Shown here in pieces: positions 1 through 9,402 of a DNA stretch of 64,000 nucleotides. The DNA lies in the UHGV virus genome UHGV-0126725. One strand, written 5' to 3'. A program made the position numbers and the translations under genes. Every line of letters begins with the position of its first letter. Position 1 is the first letter of the stretch. This DNA is from a virus. The notes beneath the pieces are model-generated. The model was not told the origin of the DNA. It searched no databases and saw only the letters and a list, made by a program, of their open reading frames with translations.

Positions 1-62
1 TGATTTTTTACGGGGTTTATGTTATTTTTAGTAAAGAAAGATTTTAATTTGCTTTATTTCTC

Positions 63-176
63 TTTCTTTAACTGTCTATATTATAACTCAAATTTTAGAT
101 TATATCTATTGACATTATACCCTAAAAACGAGATTATATTTTGTATATATTGTGCATTATTTTTTAGATTATATTG
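63..176. promoter_or_regulatory. Promoter/operator cassette, copy 1
   Basis: Near-duplicate of 413-524. Minus-strand TAGATA-17-TATAAT; three 19-bp sites ending (T/G)AGATTA at 84, 118, 153. Confidence 0.65.
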
Positions 177-191
177 AAGATAGGTGATAAT

Positions 192-407
192 GTGCTTAAA
201 TATAAAATCAATTTAATATCGGCGTTACGTGATGCCGGATATAGTACTTATAAAATCAAAAAGGAAAAGATTTTTACTCAAGCGCAATTGCAACACATGC
301 GCGAAAATCATCTATTGACACATGATACATTTGATAAATTATGCCGTCTGCTCAACTGTCAGCCCGGCGACATACTCGAATATGTACCGGATGAAGATGA
401 TAAGTAA
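192..407 (+). CDS. Cro/C1-type HTH repressor
   Basis: Ends KLCRLLNCQPGDILEY; GTG start at 192 after AGGTG. Confidence 0.85.
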   Translation: MLKYKINLISALRDAGYSTYKIKKEKIFTQAQLQHMRENHLLTHDTFDKLCRLLNCQPGDILEYVPDEDDK

Positions 408-412
408 TTTTA

Positions 413-524
413 TTTCTTTAACTGTCTATATTGTAGACTATAAATTAGTCTATGTCTATTGACATAATGCACTAAAATCAAGTCTATATTTCATATATAT
501 TGTGCACTAGTTTTTAGTCTATTC
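413..524. promoter_or_regulatory. Promoter/operator cassette, copy 2
   Basis: Minus-strand TAGACA-17-TACAAT; palindrome TAGACTA-N5-TAGTCTA at 434-452 with weaker copies at 468 and 503. Confidence 0.65.
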
Positions 525-538
525 AAGGAGAAAAATAA

Positions 539-754
539 ATGATAAAATACAAAGTAAACATACTTGAAAAGTTAAATGAAAAAGGCTTTACTACCTATAA
601 ACTTGCAAAATCTGGTTTAATAGGAAACGCAACAATACAAAAATATAGAAATAATGAAGTTGCATATGGTAAAAATCTGAATTTGCTTTGCAAGCTTTTG
701 AATTGTCAGCCCGGCGACATTATGGAATGGGTTCCGGATGACAAAGAAGATTAA
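539..754 (+). CDS. Cro/C1-type HTH repressor (paralog of 192-407)
   Basis: LLCKLLNCQPGDIMEW; AAGGAG RBS. Confidence 0.87.
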   Translation: MIKYKVNILEKLNEKGFTTYKLAKSGLIGNATIQKYRNNEVAYGKNLNLLCKLLNCQPGDIMEWVPDDKED

Positions 755-808
755 GTACGAATTTCTTTTTTATTTGACATTACATGATATTTATTATATA
801 CTTGAATT

Positions 809-995
809 AAAGGCGGCTGGACTTACAAGTCATAAGGCTATGCCCGCCCGGTTATTAATTGGCCGGATTAGCTTCTAAAGCTTCATCAAGTGTTGCGTAC
901 TCGATGTTATCAGCCGTGCCAATATAACCGTAATCGGTGTACATGTATACACCCCCTTTTTTATAAAGGCTTGTTGCAGCAAGCCTTTATTTATT
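809..995 (+). ncRNA. Putative antisense sRNA
   Basis: TTGACA(774)-17-TATACT(797) promoter; hairpin plus T-rich tail at 963-998; no substantial plus-strand ORF; covers ORF 855-944. Confidence 0.5.
855..944 (-). CDS. 29-aa acidic peptide MYTDYGYIGTADNIEYATLDEALEANPAN
   Basis: Translated by hand; AAGGGGG RBS 7 nt upstream; promoter TTGCAA-17-TATAAT at 1061-1033. Confidence 0.65.
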   Translation of the reverse strand: MYTDYGYIGTADNIEYATLDEALEANPAN

Positions 996-1148
996 TTAGT
1001 TAAGGTTTGTTTCATTCCCTTAACTTGATTATATTATACAGTAACAGCACTGCGATTGCAAGAACTTTTTATTAAAATTGTACGCAAAAATACAGTACTG
1101 TTACTGTTTTTATTTGTGCATTATTACCATACTATAGGCGGTGATCTT

Positions 1149-1367
1149 ATGGCGGTATCGGAAGCAAAAAAGAAAGCAGACGCAAAATACCACGCTAAAA
1201 AAATCGCAGACGGAACTAATAAAAGACTCGGATTGACAATTAAGACGGCCGACTTTGATCTTATAGAAAAACACTGTACTGCCGTTGGAATGAGTAAAGC
1301 AGCTTTTATTGTTGCCGCTGCTCGTTATTGTATAAATCATGGAATAGATTTGACAAATACTAAATAA
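1149..1367 (+). CDS. Small basic DNA-binding protein (RHH/Arc-like)
   Basis: MAVSEAKKKADAKY...LGLTIK...GMSKAAFI; GGCGGTGA RBS; inverted operator pair at 1039-1052 and 1093-1106. Confidence 0.65.
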   Translation: MAVSEAKKKADAKYHAKKIADGTNKRLGLTIKTADFDLIEKHCTAVGMSKAAFIVAAARYCINHGIDLTNTK

Positions 1368-1385
1368 TTATCAGGAGGAAAAAGG

Positions 1386-1595
1386 ATGAAAACTATGAAA
1401 GTAAAACTTGCATTGCTTTTATCTGCACTAGTTTTATTGTTGTTCGTGCTAACAGGATGTGCTGAAACTCAATATGAAAAGGATTCTAAATCAGGCTTTA
1501 AAAAATTTTCTAGCGGTCAATTTAGTTCAATGACTGAAGGCGAAAAAAAAGCTGTTAATGATTTTTTGGAATGGCAAGAAAAAAATCAAAATTAA
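1386..1595 (+). CDS. Small lipoprotein
   Basis: Signal peptide with lipobox LTGC; AGGAGG RBS. Confidence 0.8.
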   Translation: MKTMKVKLALLLSALVLLLFVLTGCAETQYEKDSKSGFKKFSSGQFSSMTEGEKKAVNDFLEWQEKNQN

Positions 1596-1740
1596 GTAAT
1601 TTTAATTTTCTCAGAGCCGCCGTTGCTGCTACTGGAATTAGTAAAGCGCAACTAATTGTTAAAGCTATTAAATACTGTATTAAAAATAACATTAACTTAA
1701 ATGATGATTAATTTGAAAGCGTGAAATGTGTCTAAAATTG

Positions 1741-1769
1741 GGGGTGTCCTTTATTATAAGACACCCCCC
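1741..1769. terminator. Probable terminator between convergent genes
   Basis: GGGGTGTC...GACACCCC hairpin followed by an A run. Confidence 0.6.
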
Positions 1770-1817
1770 AAAAAAGACACCATAGCTTAATGAAAACAAG
1801 TCTTGTGCATAAACAAA

Positions 1818-2243
1818 TCACCCTATAACAAAATCATATCGTTCTGTGATGTCATCAATATAATTGCTGTCTGGATTATAAATCATGTAAGAAAGTACAA
1901 TAGATCCATTGTCTATTTGCTGACTTAATGAGCGATAGCCGATATAATTATAATTTACGTCTGCTGCATTCAAAAGTTTACCGTCCCCCGCCGTTTTATT
2001 GGTCACAACCCCAATACATCTTTCAATAATTGTTATGCCGTTTCTTGCCGCCAACATTTCCGCTGTCAATTCAGACGAATCATATAATATATAGTCTGTT
2101 AGCCCGTCCGCTTCTATTTGCCGCAAGAAAAAGTTTTCAGTTGCCGAATAATCAACACAATTATAGATATTTTTATTCTCGCCGCCTGTTGTGCTCGTAA
2201 ACAAGAAAATCGCCATCAATACAGACAATATCTTAACCAACAT
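1818..2243 (-). CDS. Secreted/membrane hypothetical protein
   Basis: Hydrophobic N-terminus; GGGGG RBS. Confidence 0.7.
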   Translation of the reverse strand: MLVKILSVLMAIFLFTSTTGGENKNIYNCVDYSATENFFLRQIEADGLTDYILYDSSELTAEMLAARNGITIIERCIGVVTNKTAGDGKLLNAADVNYNYIGYRSLSQQIDNGSIVLSYMIYNPDSNYIDDITERYDFVIG

Positions 2244-2254
2244 ATAAAATCCCC

Positions 2255-2428
2255 CTAATTATTTGATGTATTGAGTTTATAGCCAAGACTGTGTAAATAC
2301 CGCGCCGCCTCATCATAACTTTTAAATAGATACCGCAATCCATTCCCAAATTCTACCTTGGCCGTTTTGTCGTCATAGATAAACACAATGGCTTTTGATT
2401 CCGCACTATAAAAATATTTACAAGTCAT
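2255..2428 (-). CDS. 57-aa hypothetical protein (MTCKYFYSAESK...)
   Basis: Translated by hand; GAGGGG RBS; fills the operon gap. Confidence 0.65.
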   Translation of the reverse strand: MTCKYFYSAESKAIVFIYDDKTAKVEFGNGLRYLFKSYDEAARYLHSLGYKLNTSNN

Positions 2429-2477
2429 TATTTTACACGCCCCTCAATTGATTTTATTGTTATATAATTTTTTGTCA

Positions 2478-2810
2478 CTAACTAATTTCAATATTTTTTA
2501 ACGCCCGACAAGTTTTTCTGATTTCCTTAACCGGCGGCGCAAACCGATCAAAGCCCCCCGCCAATGCAACTTCAGCCGCCGCAACAATTTCTCTCCCGCT
2601 TGCAGACTCTATTTTTAATTTGTATGCGTTATGTTTAGGGACGCTCTCCAAGTCACACACTAGTTTAAATGCGCCGCCCAAAACAGTATTGTCAGTCCTA
2701 CCCGTCTTTAACATATAACCAAACAAACCACGCCGCGCCTTACTTCCCGCCGCCTCTTGGTAAAGCCGCTTCAAGTCCCAATATGTTTCTATGACTGATA
2801 TTGATTTCAT
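2478..2810 (-). CDS. Hypothetical protein
   Basis: 110-aa ORF behind a consensus promoter. Confidence 0.7.
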   Translation of the reverse strand: MKSISVIETYWDLKRLYQEAAGSKARRGLFGYMLKTGRTDNTVLGGAFKLVCDLESVPKHNAYKLKIESASGREIVAAAEVALAGGFDRFAPPVKEIRKTCRALKNIEIS

Positions 2811-2897
2811 CTTTGTTCACTCTTTCTTTATTGATTTTCTCGTTATATGCTTTTATTTATTAAGATATAACATGCACTACCTATTTGTTATGTCTTA

Positions 2898-2926
2898 ATT
2901 ATATCATTATATAACAACAAAGTCAA
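2898..2926 (-). promoter_or_regulatory. Sigma70-type promoter
   Basis: TTGACT-17-TATAAT, overlapped by the 19-bp motif. Confidence 0.75.
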
Positions 2927-3300
2927 TATATTTATTATTTAATTATGCACAAAAATATAATAGCCGCATTGTGCATATTGATTATATTGTTATATATCGA
3001 TAAACAATTATTTTCTTATCCGCATAATTTTTATGGTTCCGAAATGTTGTCAAACATAATAATTTAAACATTGTTCTAAGTCGCCCCCTTACTCTTTAAT
3101 ACCGTGGTTTATTTGTAATATTTATAATAAAATATATTATTTATTTTATAATTTACAATTCAAAAATTCTCGCTGCTTTAGTTTTTAATACAGCAATCAA
3201 AAATCTGTAGCTAGATATGAAATAATAATATAATTCCATCAATCTATTTTCCGTATTCCGTCAATGTTCCATTTATATTTTTCTGCTAACAGGTTATATA

Positions 3301-3666
3301 TTATTCGCTCTGTAACACTGCTGTAACTGTATCAATTAAGTTTGCAAACTCTATGTCATGCCTGTCCATATCGCTGCTAAGTGATAGGTCATAATCTATT
3401 ATCACATTGTTAACAGCGTCAGCCCCGTATTGATCAATTAGTGCATTGAGTTTAGCTTGGTTTGCCTCATACATGGCAAAGTAGTCTTGCCACCAATCAA
3501 AGCTATCTTGATCAATATTATATGCGTCCTCTTGGGCGTTATAGTGGATGTAACTGCCTATTGCCCCGCTGTTTCCTATGATTTCTTCAGTCAATTCTTG
3601 ATCTGTAGTCTGATCAATATATCTGATTTCTTCTAGCTTTCCTGTTTCGTTGATGATAAATTTCAT
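3301..3666 (-). CDS. Acidic hypothetical protein
   Basis: D/E-rich 121 aa; AAGGAG RBS. Confidence 0.8.
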   Translation of the reverse strand: MKFIINETGKLEEIRYIDQTTDQELTEEIIGNSGAIGSYIHYNAQEDAYNIDQDSFDWWQDYFAMYEANQAKLNALIDQYGADAVNNVIIDYDLSLSSDMDRHDIEFANLIDTVTAVLQSE

Positions 3667-3726
3667 GGTAATTCTCCTTTATTGATTTTCTTGTTATATG
3701 CGTTTTTGTCTTTGTTTTGTGATTAT

Positions 3727-3755
3727 ATTATAGCACAGTATAACAATAAAGTCAA
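3727..3755 (-). promoter_or_regulatory. Sigma70-type promoter
   Basis: TTGACT-17-TATAAT. Confidence 0.75.
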
Positions 3756-4314
3756 TAGTTTATGTTTTTTTGTTTTTTAATTTTGTAAAAAATACAAAAA
3801 TATCATTTTCGATTGAGTTTTTTACAAGCAAAATTTTTAACATAAAAAGGAAAATAATAACCAAACACCAACAGTAAAACAGGCATACAGCATAAAACAA
3901 GGCCAAAACTGGACAAAATCTTTTGTTCGGTTTTTGGCGTTTTACGAACAAAACATAGCTTCCCAAAATGGGGAGACAATGGGCCTTTTGTTTGTTCATT
4001 CATACGGGGGGTATTTTACAATTTTATCGCTTTTATTTTTTGGGAATTGGTAATAGTACATCTACTCAACATCCAGTGCCAATTTTCCTATCCAATCCCC
4101 TATCTAACCCCAATTTAGCATCGTATCAAATATCGCAGAATATCCCAAAATAGAGCACGATCACATCCCTTCCGACCTTTATAATTTAACTACTGTTATA
4201 TTTGTTTTCAAACTACAATTCTTAAATCATTACCAAAATGGGATATTATGAAATAAACACTCCGATGGCCTCAAAATTTATACCGAACATACAACAAGAA
4301 ATTCAATAAAACTC

Positions 4315-4343
4315 TTGACATATAATTAAAAATGTAGTATAAT
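4315..4343 (+). promoter_or_regulatory. Consensus sigma70-type promoter
   Basis: TTGACA-17-TATAAT upstream of the recombinase. Confidence 0.8.
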
Positions 4344-4428
4344 ATAAACATAAAGAAGTCCCCAAAACAGCGGGATTTTTATAAAACATCATATAACAAT
4401 AAATTCAATTTTAAACGAGGTTGTTGCG

Positions 4429-5187
4429 ATGAAAAAAATTGAAACTGTTGATCAGGAAAAATATGTGATTGCTCCATGGGTTGAAGAATATGTTAAATCT
4501 AAAGTAAAAGATGTTACAAAACCAAAAGAGTTAATCCCCCCTATTATAGATATAGATGATGTAGAGGAAGATCTATCTAACAGAAATCCAACAGATCCAA
4601 TTAAATCATTGGACGATGTTGAGCGGTTAAAAGAATATATTCTAAATCGCAAGGGACATAAAAATGTAAACCTCCGAGACTATGCTTATTTTGTACTATC
4701 ACTTAACATATGTAGACGGGCGGGGGATATTTTAGCATTGCATGTATATGATGTTTTAAATATAGACGGTTCTTTTAAAACACACATTACATTTGAGCAT
4801 GAACAAAAGACCGGGAAAAAATCTATTATATTATTAAATTCAAAATCAAAAGAAGCATTGACATTATATTTTAATTCTTTCAATGGCAAATATAAAATGT
4901 CTGACTGGCTCTTTCCAAAATCTAATAATCCATCTGAACATATGTCTGTAGATGGTATGCGACGTATGCTTCAACGAGCAGCGGCAGCACTTAATATTGA
5001 TATGCACATGGGAACACATTCACTAAGAAAAACAATGCCATATCATATAATTAGCACTAGTAAAAATACAGAAGATGAAGTTATAGCATCACAAGTTTTA
5101 GGACATAGAAATATAAAAAACACTTATCACTATATTTGTCGAGGTCAAGATATACTGGATCAATACATGGAAATACATGGATTATAA
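4429..5187 (+). CDS. Tyrosine recombinase (catalytic domain only)
   Basis: R (RAGD), K (QKTGK), HSLRK, LGH and Y (TYHY) residues. Confidence 0.92.
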   Translation: MKKIETVDQEKYVIAPWVEEYVKSKVKDVTKPKELIPPIIDIDDVEEDLSNRNPTDPIKSLDDVERLKEYILNRKGHKNVNLRDYAYFVLSLNICRRAGDILALHVYDVLNIDGSFKTHITFEHEQKTGKKSIILLNSKSKEALTLYFNSFNGKYKMSDWLFPKSNNPSEHMSVDGMRRMLQRAAAALNIDMHMGTHSLRKTMPYHIISTSKNTEDEVIASQVLGHRNIKNTYHYICRGQDILDQYMEIHGL

Positions 5188-5195
5188 CTAATATA

Positions 5196-5491
5196 TTATA
5201 GACTCTAATAATTTATAGACTGTATCAGGTTACAGACTATAACAGGATACGGAATATGTCAGGTTACAGACTATAAGTTGATATAGTAAGATTACTCAAA
5301 TGTTGTTTTGCGTCAAGCCGCAAAGCCAACATTCTCGTCATTCACGAAATTGGCTGAAGCCATTTCGTTCATGATTAATAATAATAAAATTTATTTTTTA
5401 ATTCTATGACAAGATACGAATTATATCAAGTTACAGGACACAAACCGTTACAGAATTAAACCGGGTTACAGACTGTATCGGGTTACAGTAT
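5196..5491. repeat. Iteron arrays / probable replication origin
   Basis: TTACAGACT-like units with 17-bp period at 5196-5272 and 5414-5491, flanking two hairpins and an AT-rich stretch. Confidence 0.7.
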
Positions 5492-5704
5492 ATTAATACA
5501 AAAAAGCTGTTCAGTCCCTACGGGATCACATTTGTAATGATTATTAATATAGCAAAAAATAAAAAGTCCCCATTTTGGGGCAATAGTAGCTTGTTTCTTG
5601 TAAAGCTAATGGATGGTAACTAGCGATTTTCGTAAAGTTCGTGGTGGGTATCTATTGATTTTTACCAATTACTAGCGATTTTTTCCAAACAAAGGGTTGA
5701 TTTA

Positions 5705-6553
5705 ATGCCATATATTGCCAACGGAAAGGTGATTCCAAGTGCTGGTTCACTTGTTATCACACCTGAAGAACGAATGCGTAAAGAGAAAATTGAGGAAGCA
5801 AAACAACTTCGAGCAGATGTTTATTATAATACACGTGAGCATGGTGGATTTATATTTATGAAAGCAGACGAAAGCGTGCTTCAACATATGGATTCTGCTA
5901 CAGTTGGAAGACTTGCTTATTTGAGTACATTTTTATCTTTTGAAGAACAAAGATTGTTAGATCCAGATGGTACTGTTTTTGAAAAAAAAGATCTTTCATC
6001 TATTCTTGGTGTAAGTCGTCCTACTGCAAATAATTTTTTTAATCAATGTCATGATGCTGGTATTTTAGATGATGATGGAAAATATGGAGTGTTACTTAAA
6101 GATATTTTTTATAAAGGGAAAAGTAATGATCATAGAATAATTAAGCTGTATCAAAAAACAATCCGTCAGTTATATAAAAGGTTACCATACAAGAATCATA
6201 AATATTTGGGGTATATCGTGCAACTGGTGCCTTGGATAAACTATGAGTGGAATATAGTTTGTCATAATCCATTAAAAAAAAATTATGAACTCGCAAAACC
6301 TATGATGTTAAAGGATATATGTAATATTCTTAATTATGATGAATTACATAGCCATAGATTGACAGAAGCATTGACAGGTACTTGGTTTGAATGGGACGGT
6401 GTAAAGCAAGCTCTTTGTGCAGTTGTAAATGTAAACACAGAGGATGCTAGACAAAACAGCTTAATTGTCAATCCACATTTGATTTTTGCTGGGACTGATT
6501 TTAAAAAAGTTGAAGAATTTGGAATGTCGTTTGTCCCAAGAAAGAAGGAGTAA
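5705..6553 (+). CDS. HTH protein, putative RepL-like replication initiator
   Basis: HTH KKDLSSILGVSRPTANNFF; follows the iterons. Confidence 0.55.
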   Translation: MPYIANGKVIPSAGSLVITPEERMRKEKIEEAKQLRADVYYNTREHGGFIFMKADESVLQHMDSATVGRLAYLSTFLSFEEQRLLDPDGTVFEKKDLSSILGVSRPTANNFFNQCHDAGILDDDGKYGVLLKDIFYKGKSNDHRIIKLYQKTIRQLYKRLPYKNHKYLGYIVQLVPWINYEWNIVCHNPLKKNYELAKPMMLKDICNILNYDELHSHRLTEALTGTWFEWDGVKQALCAVVNVNTEDARQNSLIVNPHLIFAGTDFKKVEEFGMSFVPRKKE

Positions 6554-6559
6554 ACTGTA

Positions 6560-9346
6560 ATGGAATTGAGTCAGGTGCAGCAGGAAGCCATAGATTTTTA
6601 CACCGGCTGCTGTAATGTAATTGCTTCAGCTGGTAGTGGAAAGACGAGTGTTATTGTAAATCGAATTGCAAAACTTATCGAAGATTACGATGTAGATCCA
6701 GGAAAAATCCTTGCTATTACTTTTAGCAAAAAAGCAAAGGAAAATATGGTTGAGAGATTAACTAAAATGGTTCCTGAATATGTAAACTTTATTAACATCG
6801 AAACATTTCATTCGTTTGGATATAAGATTATTCGTCAATTCACAAGAGAACAGTTTGAAATTTTAGATGCTGATTGGAAACGGGTTAAGATTATTGAAGA
6901 AATTTATCAAGCAATGTATCAAACAAGAAAAGTTGATGGAAGGAAAATTGCAGACATTCTGCATTACATATCCGTACAAAAAAATCAAATGAAAAAACCA
7001 GAGTCAAGTGATAGATATGGAAAAATCTACAAGAAATATGAGAAATATAAAGCCAAACATAATCAGTTAGACTTCGATGATATGTTGATAAAGTGCTATG
7101 AAATTTTGAAAACAAATGAAAAAGGATTAGAATACTGTAGAGAAAAATATCAGTTTATTTTGGCAGATGAGATGCAAGATACAAATGCAGTACAATATGC
7201 AATTTTAAAACTAATTGGGCTTAAATACAAGAATGTGTTTATTGTCGATGATCCGCTGCAATGCTGGGATGGCGAAAATAAAGTTTTGCTCAGTGATGGC
7301 ACTACAAAAAAGGTCAAAGACTTACATATTGGAGATTGTGTTGAGACTGCATATGAAAAAACAAGTAGATTTTTCCCAATTACAAACATTTCAAGTTCTA
7401 TCAAAGATAATGCAATAGAAATAATTACTGAATCAGGGAAATCAATTATTACAACAAGAGATCATAAGTTTTTTGCCGGAACACCATTTTTTTCTGATAA
7501 TACATGGTATTTATACTTAATGTATCGAAAAGATAAGGGATTTAGACTGGGGATAACGAGCGGAGGATTAACTAAGCATATTCGTGCAAGAATAAGTTCG
7601 GAACATCCTGAGAGATTTTGGATCATTAAACAATATGATAATAAATCTTCCGCAGGATTTGATGAAGAATTATTGTCTTTAAAATATAGAATCCCAACGC
7701 TCCCCTATTTTAATATCGGTAGACAGATTCGTTTGACTCAAAAGCATTTGGATGATATTTTTAAAACATTTGGATATGGTGGATTTAAATTATTAGAAGA
7801 TTATAATATGGATTTTAATTTTCCAAATTATGTAACGCAAGATTTCAAAGATAAAAATAATTCTTTTGCAACCATAAAACTAACCTCTAATGTTATTAAG
7901 AACAGAAACGTTGTATCCTATGAAAAAAATTTAAAACGAAAAGAAAAAATTAGAAGAACATTTTCTAATTACAAAGAGGCGTACGAATTTGCTTACAATT
8001 TAATGTATGAATTGAAAGTCGATATGGTAGTAGAGAGGATGTCGGCAAATGATAGAAATATGTTTAATGCTGTGTGTGCAACAAATCTTATGCCAATGAT
8101 GGAAATTTTAATTTCAGATAATGGACAAATTGTTCCTGAAAGAATTGCCACTATTAACTTGTTGGAAGGAGAATATCATGTTTTTGATATCGAAGTTGCT
8201 CATGCTGGCAATATGATTGCAAATGGAATAGTAAGTCATAATTGTATTTATGGATGGAGAGGATCAGACAACAAGTTTGTATTAGACTTTGATCAAGAAT
8301 GGCCCAATGCAAAAACCATCCAGTTAAATAAAAACTATCGTAGCAGTTCAAACATTGTACAGGCAGCAAATCATTTTGCTCGTTGTATTCCAGAATCAAA
8401 TCATAAACATTATGTTGAGAGTATCGCAGATAAAGGATCTTTTGAGGAACCCCATTATAGTGTATATTTTAACGAAATGGAAGAAGCTGAAAAAATTGCA
8501 GATAAGATTAATGAACATGTTGAAGAAGGATATAGTTATAGTGATATCGCAATTCTGACACGAACAAATGCTCAATTGCAGAATTTTGAAACTGCATTAT
8601 ATCAAAAGAAAATTCCTTATATGGTTGTTGATGGAATATCGTTTATAGATCGTAAAGAAATCAAAATTGTAATTTCTTATTTACGTCTTGTTTGCGATAT
8701 TAATGATGATGAAGCATTCGAGTATATTTATAATCGTCCTACTAGGTTTTTAGGCTATCAGTTTTTACAGGAAGTTAAGCGGGTTGCAAGAAATGAAAAA
8801 AGCTCTTTGTATTGTGCTATGTCTAAAGTTATAAAGTCAAATTTTCGTTATAAAAATGCGAAGGAAATTTATAGTATCGTGAATCAGCTTCAAGCTGGGG
8901 ATTATAAAACAGTGGCAGACATGATAAAAAATATGCGCGAGATTCTTGATTTAGATTCTTATGTGTCTAAGGATTTGGGCGACAACGACGACAGTAAGAT
9001 CGAGAACTTGAATACACTGCAAAATATGGCTGTTAATTATAAAGATGCAAAAAAATTTGTGGCATTTTTAACTAAATTCACTAGAGAAAAGAAAGTAAAC
9101 AAGGATTCTGTGAAACTTATGACGATTCATAAATCCAAAGGGCTTGAATTCCCTATTGTATTTGTTGCTGGTGTAAATCAAGGATTGTTACCTCATGAAA
9201 AGAACTGGGATCTAAATGAAGAAAAGCGTTTGATGTATGTGGCCATCACAAGAGCAGAGAAGGAATTATATGTTTCTTCTACACAGTTTTATAACAATAG
9301 AGAAATGACGGAAAGCGAGTTTGTTTCTTATTTATTTGACGAATAA
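6560..9346 (+). CDS. pcrA: UvrD/PcrA-family helicase with intein
   Basis: ASAGSGKT, DEMQDT, NYRS, MTIHKSKGLEF, YVAITRA. Confidence 0.95.
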   Translation: MELSQVQQEAIDFYTGCCNVIASAGSGKTSVIVNRIAKLIEDYDVDPGKILAITFSKKAKENMVERLTKMVPEYVNFINIETFHSFGYKIIRQFTREQFEILDADWKRVKIIEEIYQAMYQTRKVDGRKIADILHYISVQKNQMKKPESSDRYGKIYKKYEKYKAKHNQLDFDDMLIKCYEILKTNEKGLEYCREKYQFILADEMQDTNAVQYAILKLIGLKYKNVFIVDDPLQCWDGENKVLLSDGTTKKVKDLHIGDCVETAYEKTSRFFPITNISSSIKDNAIEIITESGKSIITTRDHKFFAGTPFFSDNTWYLYLMYRKDKGFRLGITSGGLTKHIRARISSEHPERFWIIKQYDNKSSAGFDEELLSLKYRIPTLPYFNIGRQIRLTQKHLDDIFKTFGYGGFKLLEDYNMDFNFPNYVTQDFKDKNNSFATIKLTSNVIKNRNVVSYEKNLKRKEKIRRTFSNYKEAYEFAYNLMYELKVDMVVERMSANDRNMFNAVCATNLMPMMEILISDNGQIVPERIATINLLEGEYHVFDIEVAHAGNMIANGIVSHNCIYGWRGSDNKFVLDFDQEWPNAKTIQLNKNYRSSSNIVQAANHFARCIPESNHKHYVESIADKGSFEEPHYSVYFNEMEEAEKIADKINEHVEEGYSYSDIAILTRTNAQLQNFETALYQKKIPYMVVDGISFIDRKEIKIVISYLRLVCDINDDEAFEYIYNRPTRFLGYQFLQEVKRVARNEKSSLYCAMSKVIKSNFRYKNAKEIYSIVNQLQAGDYKTVADMIKNMREILDLDSYVSKDLGDNDDSKIENLNTLQNMAVNYKDAKKFVAFLTKFTREKKVNKDSVKLMTIHKSKGLEFPIVFVAGVNQGLLPHEKNWDLNEEKRLMYVAITRAEKELYVSSTQFYNNREMTESEFVSYLFDE
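7262..8242 (+). mobile_element. Intein, 327 aa
   Basis: DDPLQ|CWDG...TRDHKF...NGIVSHN|CIYGWRG; removal restores helicase motif III. Confidence 0.95.
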
Positions 9347-9402
9347 CAATAAATACAATTATAGAGGGTGATATTAAATGAAACAGAAAAAAGGAGAGTT
9401 AT

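Noticed and set aside
3760..4153. ORFs 3760-3999, 3803-4003, 3968-4153
   Set aside because: Overlapping, low complexity, no convincing RBS.
5196..5491. CRISPR array
   Set aside because: Degenerate 17-bp period with no spacers and no cas genes.
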